This document shows, in pieces, positions 1-9,561 of a DNA stretch of 64,000 nt (position 1 is its first letter; each line of letters starts with the position of its first letter). This DNA is from a virus. The notes beneath the pieces were generated by a model. That model did no database searches. It had not been told where the DNA came from and saw nothing but the letters and a program-made list of their open reading frames with translations. The stretch is from the IMG/VR virus record IMGVR_UViG_3300009408_000002, positions 1 to 64,000 of that record; one strand, given 5' to 3'. A program made the translations under genes and the position numbers.

Positions 1-64
1 CCAATATGCAAGAAAATAAAATTCCTGAATCATCAATTCATGATTACAGTTCCCAAAAAAGGAC

Positions 65-92
65 TTGACAAACCCCGTCCGACTCCTACCAT
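65..92 (+). promoter_or_regulatory. sigma70-type promoter TTGACA-N16-TACCAT, probably giving a leaderless transcript of the ERCC4 gene
   Basis: TTGACA at 65-70, TACCAT at 87-92, ATG at 99 only 6 nt downstream with no SD. Confidence 0.55.
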
Positions 93-98
93 CTCGGC

Positions 99-623
99 AT
101 GCCAGACGATACCTCCCTCATGAAGATTATCATTGACACCCGAGAGCAGCAGCCCTGGTGGTTCAGGCGCGAGGTGGACCGTGGCGACTGTCAGATATGT
201 CAGGGCTGCCTGACGACAGGCGACTACTCGGTGGATGAAATGCGTGAACTCGTTGCAATTGAACGCAAGTCGATCAGCGACCTCTGGTCCTGCGTCGGTG
301 GAGGGCGCGACAGATTCAGAAATCAATTCGAGCGCCTCGCAGAGATCCGATGGTCCTGTCTCATCGTCGAGGGTTCACTCACAGAGGTTGCTCGATATGA
401 ATCGCCGTCCGGCAACACGAGAAAGCTGCAAGCGAGCCACGTCATCGGCACCATTACATCATGGTCGCTGCGGCACTCCGTCCCCGTATGGTATGGCGGC
501 ACAATTCGTGAGTCGGAGCGACTAGGATTCCTATGGCTGCGGGCAGCGTGGCGAGAATGGATCAGTGAGACCGCCCCTCCACCCGAAACAGAAATTGCGC
601 CTACGACTAACGCGTCCCTGTGA
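99..623 (+). CDS. ERCC4/XPF-domain structure-specific nuclease
   Basis: IIIDTREQ, L-x-TGDY, AIERKSISDL, RFRNQFERL and LIVEG motifs. Confidence 0.9.
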   Translation: MPDDTSLMKIIIDTREQQPWWFRREVDRGDCQICQGCLTTGDYSVDEMRELVAIERKSISDLWSCVGGGRDRFRNQFERLAEIRWSCLIVEGSLTEVARYESPSGNTRKLQASHVIGTITSWSLRHSVPVWYGGTIRESERLGFLWLRAAWREWISETAPPPETEIAPTTNASL

Positions 624-635
624 TAGAATCCCTGC

Positions 636-1013
636 ATGGCTACTAGAACCGCGATTACGAACAATGTCCGAGAGGTATCGGGGCACTTCGCTTTAGACTT
701 CCCGCGCGTGGGAGAATCCTCGATCTCCTTTCCGATCATCATTGACACGGGCGGCGCACTCATCAACCGGATCGAGCTTGATTCTGTTGGGGCGGGAAGA
801 ATCAGGGTGGAGCGCAGCATCAACTCGCCGGGCCGATTGATTGGTGCGGGGGAAAACATCCGCTTCGCTATGGTTGGGTTCCATGAGATCTTCAACTCCG
901 GCGATTCTCGACTCCCAAGCGACATGATCGCAGACCTTGCCGAATCACGATACCTGCGCCTTGCACTGGAGTCTGGCCCACCAATCAAGCGCCTGTCGAT
1001 TCAAGGGACATGA
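636..1013 (+). CDS. hypothetical protein
   Basis: 125 aa ORF tightly packed with neighbouring + strand ORFs. Confidence 0.6.
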   Translation: MATRTAITNNVREVSGHFALDFPRVGESSISFPIIIDTGGALINRIELDSVGAGRIRVERSINSPGRLIGAGENIRFAMVGFHEIFNSGDSRLPSDMIADLAESRYLRLALESGPPIKRLSIQGT

Positions 1014-1014
1014 G

Positions 1015-2481
1015 ATGACGATCATTCAATCCAGGCGGTTCTTTCCAGGACTCACAGAAGAGGATGAAACCCCAGAGGAAAGGATCAGGAGGGTCCATGC
1101 ACAGTTCGAATCCCCCCTGGTTGAGATCTTTGGGCCAGGAGCCGACACCCAGCAAGAACAGGTCGAAGTTGATCTGTGTCCAGACTGCGCTTCTGCTGGC
1201 CAGCACAGGCTGATCTCTGCTGGCTTCCAATTGCCTGCCGCAGCAAATGCAGCACAGGTACAGGCTGATTTCAATAAGCCAAACCTGCTACAGCTTTTCA
1301 ATCCGATAGAGATCGTCAAAATCATCTCGATCGAGATCATGGAAGAGGGCGGCACGTCCGATGGCAGAATCGCGCAAGCCACCATTGGGAATCCAGAGAA
1401 CAACGAAAACCAGACCGAGATCTTCCACCAGACTGCTGCGCCGATGCCGGCCTCGCTCATTTCGGCGATGACCGGTAGTTCTGCCAGCCAGCCATTCGAT
1501 GGCCCCTGTGTCACGTTGGGTCACGGCCTCATCATGACCCTTCTGATGGACAATCTCGATGCAGTGAATCCAAAGAACTTCATTGTGGCGATGTTGCTCA
1601 AGCGAACGGGGTGCAAGAAAAAGAAGCGCCCCATGAATCCGGGACTGTTTGACATCAGGAATCATGGACTTGGAAAGCGTAGGCCCAAGCCCAAACCAAG
1701 GATTGTCCTGCTGCCGGCCAGCCTGATCAAGGAGGCGCGACGGTCGGCCCTGGATTGGATTGAGGAGTACCGGTCTTGCTATCGCGTATTCATCTCCCGT
1801 CAGATTGTCGCCCATTCGCTTGGTCAGGCAGAGTCGTCGAAGGACCCGCGCATTGAAAAGATATTTCAGAGCCTGCGAGCCCAGAAGAAAAAGTGGTGGG
1901 CAATGCAGAGGGCAAAAAAGGCGGCCAAGAAGAGGGAGCGCGCCGCGCAGTTGCGTGCAACAGCGATCAGGAGAAAGAAGGCCAGCAGCACGCCAAACAC
2001 CAAGGGGCCGAAGCGTCCCAAGAAAAAGATCTCGAAAGAGGCGGCAGAGGCAATCAGGAAGCTTGAACAGGTGAAGCAGAGGCTAATATTCCTGATCAAC
2101 AAATCCATTCTTGGCGATCGCCGGACGGGAGTGGAGCAGGAAGCTGCAAAGCTGATCGCGAAGATGGAATCGATCATCCTCCTTCTCACCATTCTGCTAA
2201 GGGGGTGGGGTGGTGATCCCGCGAAGATCACTCCGAATATCATAAGAACACTTGAAAGACTGGATCCTATAGTCCAGCACGCTGGACTTGGCAAGCCGCT
2301 GAAGGTAGAGGCGCTGGCCATTGCATTTGAAGAGAGAGACGAGACCCTCCTGACGCAATTCTCTGAATTCCAGGGCATCATTACGACGGGCTCTACGGGG
2401 CCGCTCCCCGGTAAAGCCCCGTCACCTATACCAAAAATGCCCATAGGCCCAGGTGTCAAGAAGAAGAGCAAGCAACCGTAG
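1015..2481 (+). CDS. hypothetical protein with a beta-rich N-half and a very K/R-rich helical C-half
   Basis: long ORF; ATG 1015 lies just after the upstream stop. Confidence 0.65.
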   Translation: MTIIQSRRFFPGLTEEDETPEERIRRVHAQFESPLVEIFGPGADTQQEQVEVDLCPDCASAGQHRLISAGFQLPAAANAAQVQADFNKPNLLQLFNPIEIVKIISIEIMEEGGTSDGRIAQATIGNPENNENQTEIFHQTAAPMPASLISAMTGSSASQPFDGPCVTLGHGLIMTLLMDNLDAVNPKNFIVAMLLKRTGCKKKKRPMNPGLFDIRNHGLGKRRPKPKPRIVLLPASLIKEARRSALDWIEEYRSCYRVFISRQIVAHSLGQAESSKDPRIEKIFQSLRAQKKKWWAMQRAKKAAKKRERAAQLRATAIRRKKASSTPNTKGPKRPKKKISKEAAEAIRKLEQVKQRLIFLINKSILGDRRTGVEQEAAKLIAKMESIILLLTILLRGWGGDPAKITPNIIRTLERLDPIVQHAGLGKPLKVEALAIAFEERDETLLTQFSEFQGIITTGSTGPLPGKAPSPIPKMPIGPGVKKKSKQP

Positions 2482-2522
2482 GCCCCGCTCTAAGACCGAA
2501 GCAATAAGAAAGGCAAGAAACC

Positions 2523-2915
2523 ATGAGCAAGATCCTCAGAGGGACAGTAGATGCGCCGGTCAGCGGTGGCGCATCTGGTGCAGACTTTACCGCAACATTT
2601 TCCCAGGCACAGATCGACGCCGCATTCTCTGCTGGCGAATCATTCGTACCAGAGAGCCTGATCGTAAGCCCGGCTGCCGACTTCCTGTTCCAGGCCCTGA
2701 CTATCGGCAACGCAGCAAACAACGAGAACAAGCTCGATCTGTTGCCACTGGACGCAACAGAGGAACTGTCTGCTGCTGATGTGAACAGCAACTTCGGTCC
2801 CGCTGCGGGAGGGATCGATGCAGTTGCAATGGAAGCCACACTGGGACTGTCGATCAGCGGGAAGATCTCTAGCGTTGCTGGCGGATCGCCGCAGTTCGTG
2901 CTCAGGGCGATCTAG
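2523..2915 (+). CDS. hypothetical protein (acidic, A/G/S-rich, possibly virion-associated)
   Basis: 130 aa ORF with purine-rich RBS region. Confidence 0.6.
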   Translation: MSKILRGTVDAPVSGGASGADFTATFSQAQIDAAFSAGESFVPESLIVSPAADFLFQALTIGNAANNENKLDLLPLDATEELSAADVNSNFGPAAGGIDAVAMEATLGLSISGKISSVAGGSPQFVLRAI

Positions 2916-2930
2916 GTCGCGCAGATCGCC

Positions 2931-3125
2931 ATGTGCTGCGGATCGTACTGGACAGATAGCACGCCTTCATCGGCAGCGAAACAAACCAGTCGTGAACTGA
3001 GAGGGATCAGGACATGCGATCAGTGTGGGTCAAGGACAAGATTTACGATCCACACTGATCCGAGGCGGGGCCGAGTGCAGGTTGTCACCTGTATTGAGTG
3101 CGGCTGGCAGCTTCGTTCTGCCTGA
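2931..3125 (+). CDS. small zinc-ribbon protein
   Basis: CDQC...CIECG. Confidence 0.55.
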   Translation: MCCGSYWTDSTPSSAAKQTSRELRGIRTCDQCGSRTRFTIHTDPRRGRVQVVTCIECGWQLRSA

Positions 3126-3135
3126 GCAAGCACAT

Positions 3136-3588
3136 ATGTCAGCGGTCATCCTATTCCTTGGCGCGGCACTCGCCGTTGAATCAGCAACGACTCTTCTTGT
3201 CGATTCCATGATCTTCGACGGGGTCCGACGCAAAGCGCTAGTATGCTCCGAATTCTTGGCCGAGTTGCTGTCGTGCGAATACTGCACCAGCTTTTGGGTT
3301 GCAGCGCCGGTTGCAATCTTGTGCTATTGGAAGTCAATGGGTTGGCTTTCAGTTGCGATGTTATTCCCGCTACAAAGAGCATCGAATCTGCTGTACTGGC
3401 TGATTCACATGCGACTAATCGTCTGGAGAAATCAAAGTGAGCAATGCATTGAGAACGCTAGGTCGCGCCATGGCTCGCACCATGGGGTCTCTCGACAGCC
3501 ACCCGATACAGCAGAAGAAGGATCGGGAAGCGCGGGGAACAATCAGGAAGATGTACCGCGCATTCAGAAGGAAGATGCGCCGCAGTAA
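3136..3588 (+). CDS. DUF1360-like membrane protein
   Basis: TTLLVDSMIFDGVR...ELLSCEYCTSFWVA signature with hydrophobic helices. Confidence 0.7.
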   Translation: MSAVILFLGAALAVESATTLLVDSMIFDGVRRKALVCSEFLAELLSCEYCTSFWVAAPVAILCYWKSMGWLSVAMLFPLQRASNLLYWLIHMRLIVWRNQSEQCIENARSRHGSHHGVSRQPPDTAEEGSGSAGNNQEDVPRIQKEDAPQ

Positions 3589-3605
3589 GCAAAAGCGATA
3601 AGCGA

Positions 3606-3639
3606 TTTTCCTTGCAGCCGGCAGGAAAATGCTTACAAT
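3606..3639 (+). promoter_or_regulatory. candidate promoter TTGCAG-N16-TACAAT overlapped by an imperfect inverted repeat (TTTTCCT...AGGAAAA)
   Basis: intergenic, upstream of GAGGAGG RBS and ATG 3684. Confidence 0.45.
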
Positions 3640-3683
3640 GCGACTGACTAAAAATTCTTCCCAACATCTTGAGGAGGGTGATC

Positions 3684-4154
3684 ATGGAAGAGCGTCACTC
3701 GCATTGGATGTGTTGCGGCGGGGCATACCTCAGGGCGGACGAATTCTGCCCGAAGTGCCGAACAGCCGGCCCGGAGTCCGCCCTGAATCTGAAGAAGATT
3801 CCCATGAAGCCTCAGGGGCCTGCCCGCCGTACTGTTCGTTCATCAGGGACGAGCGTCCACAGATGGATGTGTCACGGACTGTGGCTGGAAATCAACCATG
3901 ATTGTCCTCGCTGCTACATGACTGGACCATCGGCTTCGCGAAGATTCAGGCCGCACGGATGCGACACAGCACAACGCCTGAGAAAGTTTTCTGATCAGAC
4001 CGAAGACACCATCGCACAGCGCCTCCGTTCTGGAGAATCGAAAGAGGACTTGGCTTCAGAGTATGGCTGCGCCCCGAACACGATCCTGTCGGCGCGTTCA
4101 AGAGCTTTGAGCCGCGAGAGATCCATGGATGAAGCAATCACGAGGATCGGCTAA
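3684..4154 (+). CDS. Cys-rich (Zn-finger) protein with C-terminal HTH
   Basis: two WMC...CP(K/R)C units; GESKEDLASEYGCAPNTI HTH; GAGGAGG RBS. Confidence 0.65.
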   Translation: MEERHSHWMCCGGAYLRADEFCPKCRTAGPESALNLKKIPMKPQGPARRTVRSSGTSVHRWMCHGLWLEINHDCPRCYMTGPSASRRFRPHGCDTAQRLRKFSDQTEDTIAQRLRSGESKEDLASEYGCAPNTILSARSRALSRERSMDEAITRIG

Positions 4155-4530
4155 TGGGTGGTGCCGATGACCTGGAAGGCTGGCGAGAATGGGGCACTGT
4201 CCTCAATGCCAGGGGCCAATCGAGATCGCACGCGAGTTCGCACGAGAGGGGACACTTGCCAGATGCGCGCATTGCCTGTCCTACGGATTCGTAACGGTTT
4301 CCCATCGAGAGAGCGGCGGATGGTGCGCTGGAACGCGAGCCATACGTAATCCTCTTCGACACCGAGAGGTGCGACCTGACATCACAACTATGGGAAGCTC
4401 GCGGGATAGCTGCCATTCTGGCAGATGCCTACGACCGCCATGCAGCACCGCCGGAAGATGCGTTGGCTGAAGCGCGGGATTGGCGATGCCATAACACGGA
4501 GTGACTACGAAAACGGGAGAGGATAGAGTC

Positions 4531-4830
4531 ATGAAATTCCGAAAGAAGCCAATCGTCATCGAAGCTGAAAGAAATGACACGGGCGAGCCTATCTGCATCA
4601 AGACGCTTGAGGGAGAGATGCTTGCAATGCCAGGCGACTGGATCATCACCGGCATCAAGGGGGAGCGTTACCCCTGCAAGCCGGACATCTTCGAAAAGAC
4701 CTACGAGCTAGTAAACCAAGGACCAATCCCCGCAGCTTGCAGTAGATGCGATGGAACCGGCATGGACCCAGAGACTGATGACTGCGCCTGTGACTGTTGC
4801 GGCGGAAGCGGCGCTGAGGAGGTGGAATAA
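4531..4830 (+). CDS. conserved phage protein (RKKP..IEA / TLEG / PGDWII / YPCKPDIF family) with a Cys-rich tail
   Basis: MKFRKKPIVIEA...IKTLEGEMLAMPGDWIITGIKGERYPCKPDIFEKTYE; C-terminal CxxCxGxG..CxxCxGxG. Confidence 0.8.
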   Translation: MKFRKKPIVIEAERNDTGEPICIKTLEGEMLAMPGDWIITGIKGERYPCKPDIFEKTYELVNQGPIPAACSRCDGTGMDPETDDCACDCCGGSGAEEVE

Positions 4831-4970
4831 TGTGATGCCTGACTCCCACTGGCGCCCTGTAGTGTATAATCGAGGGCCGGCACCGGGCATGAACGAACCG
4901 CCAGGTTCTTGACCCTCCTCACCTTGGCGGATCAATCTGCCCGGTGGCCGTTCAACTGGAGGCGAAGCCA

Positions 4971-5468
4971 ATGTCAAGAGAAGCCCTGTTTGTTCTCGTC
5001 GAGATCGGGGGGGTATTTGGTCCCTTCGTGTTATGGCTCGCATACCTGACTGTTCGAGACTTCCGGCCAGATCCTGCCACAGAATACTGGTGGTGTTGCC
5101 CTCGCTGCGCCAAGAAGACGTTCACTGGTCGCGAGAGTGACGGCGAGTCAGTCATGTTCGAGTTGTCATCCTGCCCAAAATGTGGATGGTGGCCGAGCCA
5201 CACGGGACCTCCTGGCAGCAGCGACAGACTTGCCCATGACAGACTTCTTGAAATCCAGGATCTAGCACTAGAAGAAGGTGACCAGACGATCTTGCCAGAC
5301 CACGAGATTCTCAATATGGTGTTCGAGATCCTGGAGCGTAGGGATGGCATGGAACGCCACACTATGAGCGATGGCGACATATTCATGGAAGGCGCAAGGG
5401 CGGCTGCCCTTCATACAAGAAGCAGCAATGGCCCCATGAAGCCATGGTCGAGCCTCAAGCCGTTTTAG
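4971..5468 (+). CDS. hypothetical protein with N-terminal TM helix and zinc ribbon
   Basis: GGAGG RBS; TM segment; CPRC...CPKCG. Confidence 0.6.
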   Translation: MSREALFVLVEIGGVFGPFVLWLAYLTVRDFRPDPATEYWWCCPRCAKKTFTGRESDGESVMFELSSCPKCGWWPSHTGPPGSSDRLAHDRLLEIQDLALEEGDQTILPDHEILNMVFEILERRDGMERHTMSDGDIFMEGARAAALHTRSSNGPMKPWSSLKPF

Positions 5469-5469
5469 C

Positions 5470-5817
5470 ATGCGCGGCCTAAAGCTCAGGCAGGCCACAC
5501 CCGAGGAACGGCAGCTAGCGCAGGACGGCCTACAAGAGATGGACTTCTCTCGCCTCTCGGTCGTCCTGATCGATGCGCCTCGCCCGATGTTCTCTGGCCA
5601 CAAGATCCGAGTTGTCGAGTCCAAGAACCCCATCTGGTACCAGTGGCTCTGCCAGGCTAGGCCGCGATCTGCGTCGATCAGATCATCCGTTGCAAGATCT
5701 CTAAAACGGATAGAACGAGGTCTCATCGATACCCGTTCAAGCTCCATAGACGAGGAAATCCTGGCAGCAATCAGAGAGCACCAGGAAGAGTGCAAGGAAA
5801 ATTTTTATTACACTTGA
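5470..5817 (+). CDS. hypothetical protein
   Basis: 115 aa ORF abutting the upstream stop. Confidence 0.55.
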   Translation: MRGLKLRQATPEERQLAQDGLQEMDFSRLSVVLIDAPRPMFSGHKIRVVESKNPIWYQWLCQARPRSASIRSSVARSLKRIERGLIDTRSSSIDEEILAAIREHQEECKENFYYT

Positions 5818-5841
5818 CTTTCCTTGCACGCAAGGAATAAT
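5814..5841 (+). promoter_or_regulatory. candidate promoter TTGACT-N16-AATAAT with repeated TCCTTGCA/TGCAAGGA boxes
   Basis: boxes at 5791, 5821, 5830 and 5841. Confidence 0.5.
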
Positions 5842-6028
5842 CCTTGCACACCAATGCTGGGTCGCCGGGGGATTTGTGGTCTACCCCGGTGACCCTTCGC
5901 TAAACTAAAAGGCCAAACGTACCTGGCCGGCAGGCATGAGAAATTAGAAGAAGCAAGATCCTCTGTCAGCAAAACATGTGCGTGACAGTCGGGAGAGGCC
6001 GGCAATTACAAACCATAGGAGGAAAATC

Positions 6029-6238
6029 ATGGCAGTACGACTGACTGGAATGCAGAGCGAGCTACTGGCCCTGCTGTGTGATCACAAGGAGGCGACTTCG
6101 GATGATCTGATCGAGAACTATGGAAGCGGTCACGTCATCCGATCCGCGCGCGCGCTGGAGTCCAAGGGTCTCGCCAAGTTCGTCAAGACGCGCAATTCAT
6201 TCAGGCCCACCAAAGCTGGCCTGAAATATCTTTCCTGA
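6029..6238 (+). CDS. small winged-helix DNA-binding protein
   Basis: LTGMQSELLALL...RALESKGLAKF...RPTKAGLKYL; AGGAGG RBS. Confidence 0.65.
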   Translation: MAVRLTGMQSELLALLCDHKEATSDDLIENYGSGHVIRSARALESKGLAKFVKTRNSFRPTKAGLKYLS

Positions 6239-6261
6239 TTCAGAGCCCAGAGGAGGGCAAG

Positions 6262-6561
6262 ATGGCGAAAGCAAAGCAGGAGAAGCCTGTCGGTAACAGG
6301 CCGGTCAACGGCAAGAATGAACCGCAGGAGAAGGCTCGTCGCTCGCGCATGAAGGGGGGATTTGCAGTCTGTCTTGAGCAGAACGCAGGGGACGGGGAAA
6401 CCCTTCTGAATATCCTCAAGAAGGATCTAGAGAACACACTCAGTGCCGAGTCGTGGCTCCGCGAGAACGCCCAGCCAGACAACTCGTATATGATCATACA
6501 GGTCAAGCGCTCCGGTATTCAGGTCCGCACGGAGACCGTAACGAAGATCACAATCGCGTGA
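6262..6561 (+). CDS. hypothetical protein (probable paralog of 48527..48808)
   Basis: GAGGAGG RBS; shared DGE..LN(I/V)...A..WL.EN motif. Confidence 0.65.
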   Translation: MAKAKQEKPVGNRPVNGKNEPQEKARRSRMKGGFAVCLEQNAGDGETLLNILKKDLENTLSAESWLRENAQPDNSYMIIQVKRSGIQVRTETVTKITIA

Positions 6562-7181
6562 CATCGATCGAGTTCCCGATACGCCTCACGATTCCGGGTA
6601 TCCCTGCGCCAGGGGGGTCCAAGAAGGCGTTTTTTGATCACAGGTCTGGAAAGATCAAGGTGATCGATGCATGCAAGCGCAACCTCTCGTGGAAAAAGCT
6701 TGTTGGCATCTACGCGAAGAGCTTCTTCAAGAGCCCGCTTCTTGAAGGCCCCCTTGTTGTGAGGGCTCAGTTCATCCTCTTGAGACCGAAGAGTCACTAC
6801 CGCACCGGAAGATATTCGGCGCTTCTGAAGCCTCAAGCACCTCAGCACCACGTCATCAGGCCAGACGCCACAAAGCTGTGGCGTCCGACTGAAGATGCGC
6901 TGACCGGCATCATATGGAAGGATGATGCACAGATCATCCAGCAGTTCGTTACAAAAGAGTATTCGACCGACAAGTCTGGCTGCAACATAGAGATCAGGCC
7001 ATGGTATCCACGTATTCCATTTATGGATCGACCAGACGCCGACACTCTGAAGCCCACGATCAACGAGATGCTATATCCATTCATGCCTCGCAAGATGACA
7101 CTTGAGGCATTCGATGACTTGGCATGTGAGATATCCGAGATAATTGTTCGAGAACACGACAAATCTGTCTCCCAGCAATGA
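6558..7181 (+). CDS. rusA: RusA-family Holliday junction resolvase
   Basis: IPGIPAPGGSK, RPKSHY, RPDATKL..PTEDALTGIIWKDDAQI; GTG start overlaps the upstream stop. Confidence 0.88.
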   Translation: MTSIEFPIRLTIPGIPAPGGSKKAFFDHRSGKIKVIDACKRNLSWKKLVGIYAKSFFKSPLLEGPLVVRAQFILLRPKSHYRTGRYSALLKPQAPQHHVIRPDATKLWRPTEDALTGIIWKDDAQIIQQFVTKEYSTDKSGCNIEIRPWYPRIPFMDRPDADTLKPTINEMLYPFMPRKMTLEAFDDLACEISEIIVREHDKSVSQQ

Positions 7182-7193
7182 GGATCACAAGTC

Positions 7194-7409
7194 ATGAACA
7201 CGATAGAACAGCTTCACGCAATGCGTCACCGGGCTTTCGCATCTAGGCGCGAGGTAGCGAGGCGCCTGGGCGTCAGTAAGCGTGAAGCAATGAGACGAGG
7301 AATCAATTGGCTGAAAATCTTCAAGATCAACCAGCTGATCCGAAAACAAACTGAGCCCGTTTTTCCAAGACGAAGACTCCTGGAACTCGAATCAGAAGAA
7401 ACCACATGA
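7194..7409 (+). CDS. hypothetical protein
   Basis: GAGGA RBS; coupled to the next ORF. Confidence 0.5.
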   Translation: MNTIEQLHAMRHRAFASRREVARRLGVSKREAMRRGINWLKIFKINQLIRKQTEPVFPRRRLLELESEETT

Positions 7410-7711
7410 CAATCTGCGGCCCAGATGGAAGACCGTGGCGCTGCCCAGTCCCGCCTAGTGACGAGATATTGCCGCATGAGCATCTCTACGAGTTCCTCAA
7501 AAGCCAGGGCTACACGAAAGGCATCCGATTCGGCGTGATGATTACTATCGCGAACAGCGGCAGCGGTGGAGTGATAGTCGTAAACCAGAACTGCGAGCCC
7601 GCAGCGATGCCAGTCCAGGAAATCGTTCTGCTTCTGGAGGACGTCACTTCGCAGATGAAGGAGTCGCTGAACATAGAAGATCGAAGCAGTGAAGGATCTG
7701 TCAGTGACTGA
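7406..7711 (+). CDS. hypothetical protein
   Basis: ATGA overlap with the upstream ORF. Confidence 0.55.
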   Translation: MTICGPDGRPWRCPVPPSDEILPHEHLYEFLKSQGYTKGIRFGVMITIANSGSGGVIVVNQNCEPAAMPVQEIVLLLEDVTSQMKESLNIEDRSSEGSVSD

Positions 7712-8242
7712 ACTTATCATTTCCGTCATGGTCACGATCGCAGGATTCAGCGTAGCGATTGCGATTTGGCTCAAGGATCGAGAAAGGTTTACGAAGTGAA
7801 ACTAGACGATGCCACACTAGATCGTTGGAGGTCGGAATACAGTTTCAGGCTTGAGGCGATGCAGCGATGCGACAACTGCAGGCACATGAAGCCCCTGCCA
7901 TTCGATGGCAGTTTCTTCTGTCCACCCGGTGGCGCATGCAAGTTGCTTGACATCGTTATCGACAGCCCACTGCGCTCCGTTTGCCCAGGATGGCAAGGGA
8001 GCCTGCAGACTCGCAGAGAGCGGGCCATGAAACAGGAGGCTTAGAGATGACCAAGCAAGAGGACCTGGTGTAGGCGGGATCTCCCGCCCATCTGTGCGCG
8101 AGCTGCTGGCACAGATGGGCAGAATGCGGAGCCTGCGCAGGCAAGGGGCTGAAATCGTGGCCGGACATATCGCGAGGAGTCGTCGGTCGGACTCCCCTCG
8201 CTGACTGCGCATATCACAAACCAATCGAGATAGGCCAGATCA

Positions 8243-9010
8243 ATGAATAGACCGGAGGCAGTCGTAGTCATTCCGACGCTGGGTGTAAAGGGTTTCGTCT
8301 TCAGGCTGCTCAATCATCTAGAAGTAGACCGGCCCGTGGTCTTCGAGATCAACGATTCCCCCTCTCTCTCAGTCGCGGCAAAGTGGAACATTGGTCTCGC
8401 ACGCGCAATTGCACTTGAGTGTCCTGCGCTGTTCCTCAACGATGATATTCTTCCATGGCCCGGTGCGGTTGCCGCTATGCTTGACTCACCGGCCAAGTTT
8501 GTGACTGGCATCACCACGCGCAACTTGCCTGGAGAGGGGCCGCCGCAGAAGCAAACAAGCGGTGGCTTCAGCATGTTCTGCCTCAAGCACACCGCATCTG
8601 TGGGGCTAGCAGAGTTCGAAGAATGGACGTGGCTGGAATCAGGAGTGTCGTCGCTAATCGAAGAACATTGGCCGAGCAACCACCCAAGATATGGATACTT
8701 CGACGAGAACTTCCATCCGGCATACTTCGAAGATAGCGACTACTATCATCGACTGAAGGTGGCCGGCATCAAGGAGACGGTCCTGGAAGATGCTGCTTAC
8801 TATCACGAACTGACACGCACCGGGAAGAAAGTGATGATCGGCTGCTCGACGAACCTCGGCTGTCCCGAGCGCTGGTCGCGTCATGAGCGCTGGTTTGCGC
8901 TGAACCACGAGCGGTATATGCTCAAGTGGGACGGTGAACCGCACAACGAAAAGAATACACGCCCATTTCAACACCTTCTCAAGGACCGCCTTGAGATCAA
9001 TCAATCATAA
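8243..9010 (+). CDS. GT2-like glycosyltransferase
   Basis: VVIPT, KWNIG, LFLNDDI, FDENFHPAYFEDSDYYHR. Confidence 0.8.
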   Translation: MNRPEAVVVIPTLGVKGFVFRLLNHLEVDRPVVFEINDSPSLSVAAKWNIGLARAIALECPALFLNDDILPWPGAVAAMLDSPAKFVTGITTRNLPGEGPPQKQTSGGFSMFCLKHTASVGLAEFEEWTWLESGVSSLIEEHWPSNHPRYGYFDENFHPAYFEDSDYYHRLKVAGIKETVLEDAAYYHELTRTGKKVMIGCSTNLGCPERWSRHERWFALNHERYMLKWDGEPHNEKNTRPFQHLLKDRLEINQS

Positions 9011-9179
9011 ACAGGGGAGGAAGATCATGAGCAACAGTCACTACAGTCGGGGCCTGATTGACGGCATCGCCGTGCTCGCGGAAGAAATTGAAAGCGAGAC
9101 CGGAGAACATCATGGCGACCATGATCGCGGTCTATGAGGTCATGGAGTCCATCACTGATCTTCATGCGAACGTAGCATC

Positions 9180-9527
9180 ATGAGCGGCATCAGCATCACG
9201 AGCGGAACGGAAACAGCCTGGATTAACGTCAATCATGAATTCACAAATCGAGTCAAATCTTTTCGGCTGCCCTTGTGCTCGATCTTCACTCACGCCATAC
9301 CGGTGCAAGAAATCGATGATGACCCAGGAACGACTGCTTCATTCATCATGGACATGCTGCACGAAGACGGCTTGATCCCCAGGTTCTCAGCGGTCGCATT
9401 TATCACATTCGACTGGAGCACGAACTGCCTTGTTATCGGTGTGACTTCCAGCGACTTTGAGCCAGTCCCTCCAGGAGAGATGTGCCCGTCAGAATTGTAC
9501 ATTCCATCCTCAGAGATCGTGTCCTGA
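9180..9527 (+). CDS. hypothetical protein
   Basis: 115 aa ORF. Confidence 0.55.
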   Translation: MSGISITSGTETAWINVNHEFTNRVKSFRLPLCSIFTHAIPVQEIDDDPGTTASFIMDMLHEDGLIPRFSAVAFITFDWSTNCLVIGVTSSDFEPVPPGEMCPSELYIPSSEIVS

Positions 9528-9561
9528 TGGAGGGGCGTGAACTTCAAGAGCGGATATACGC

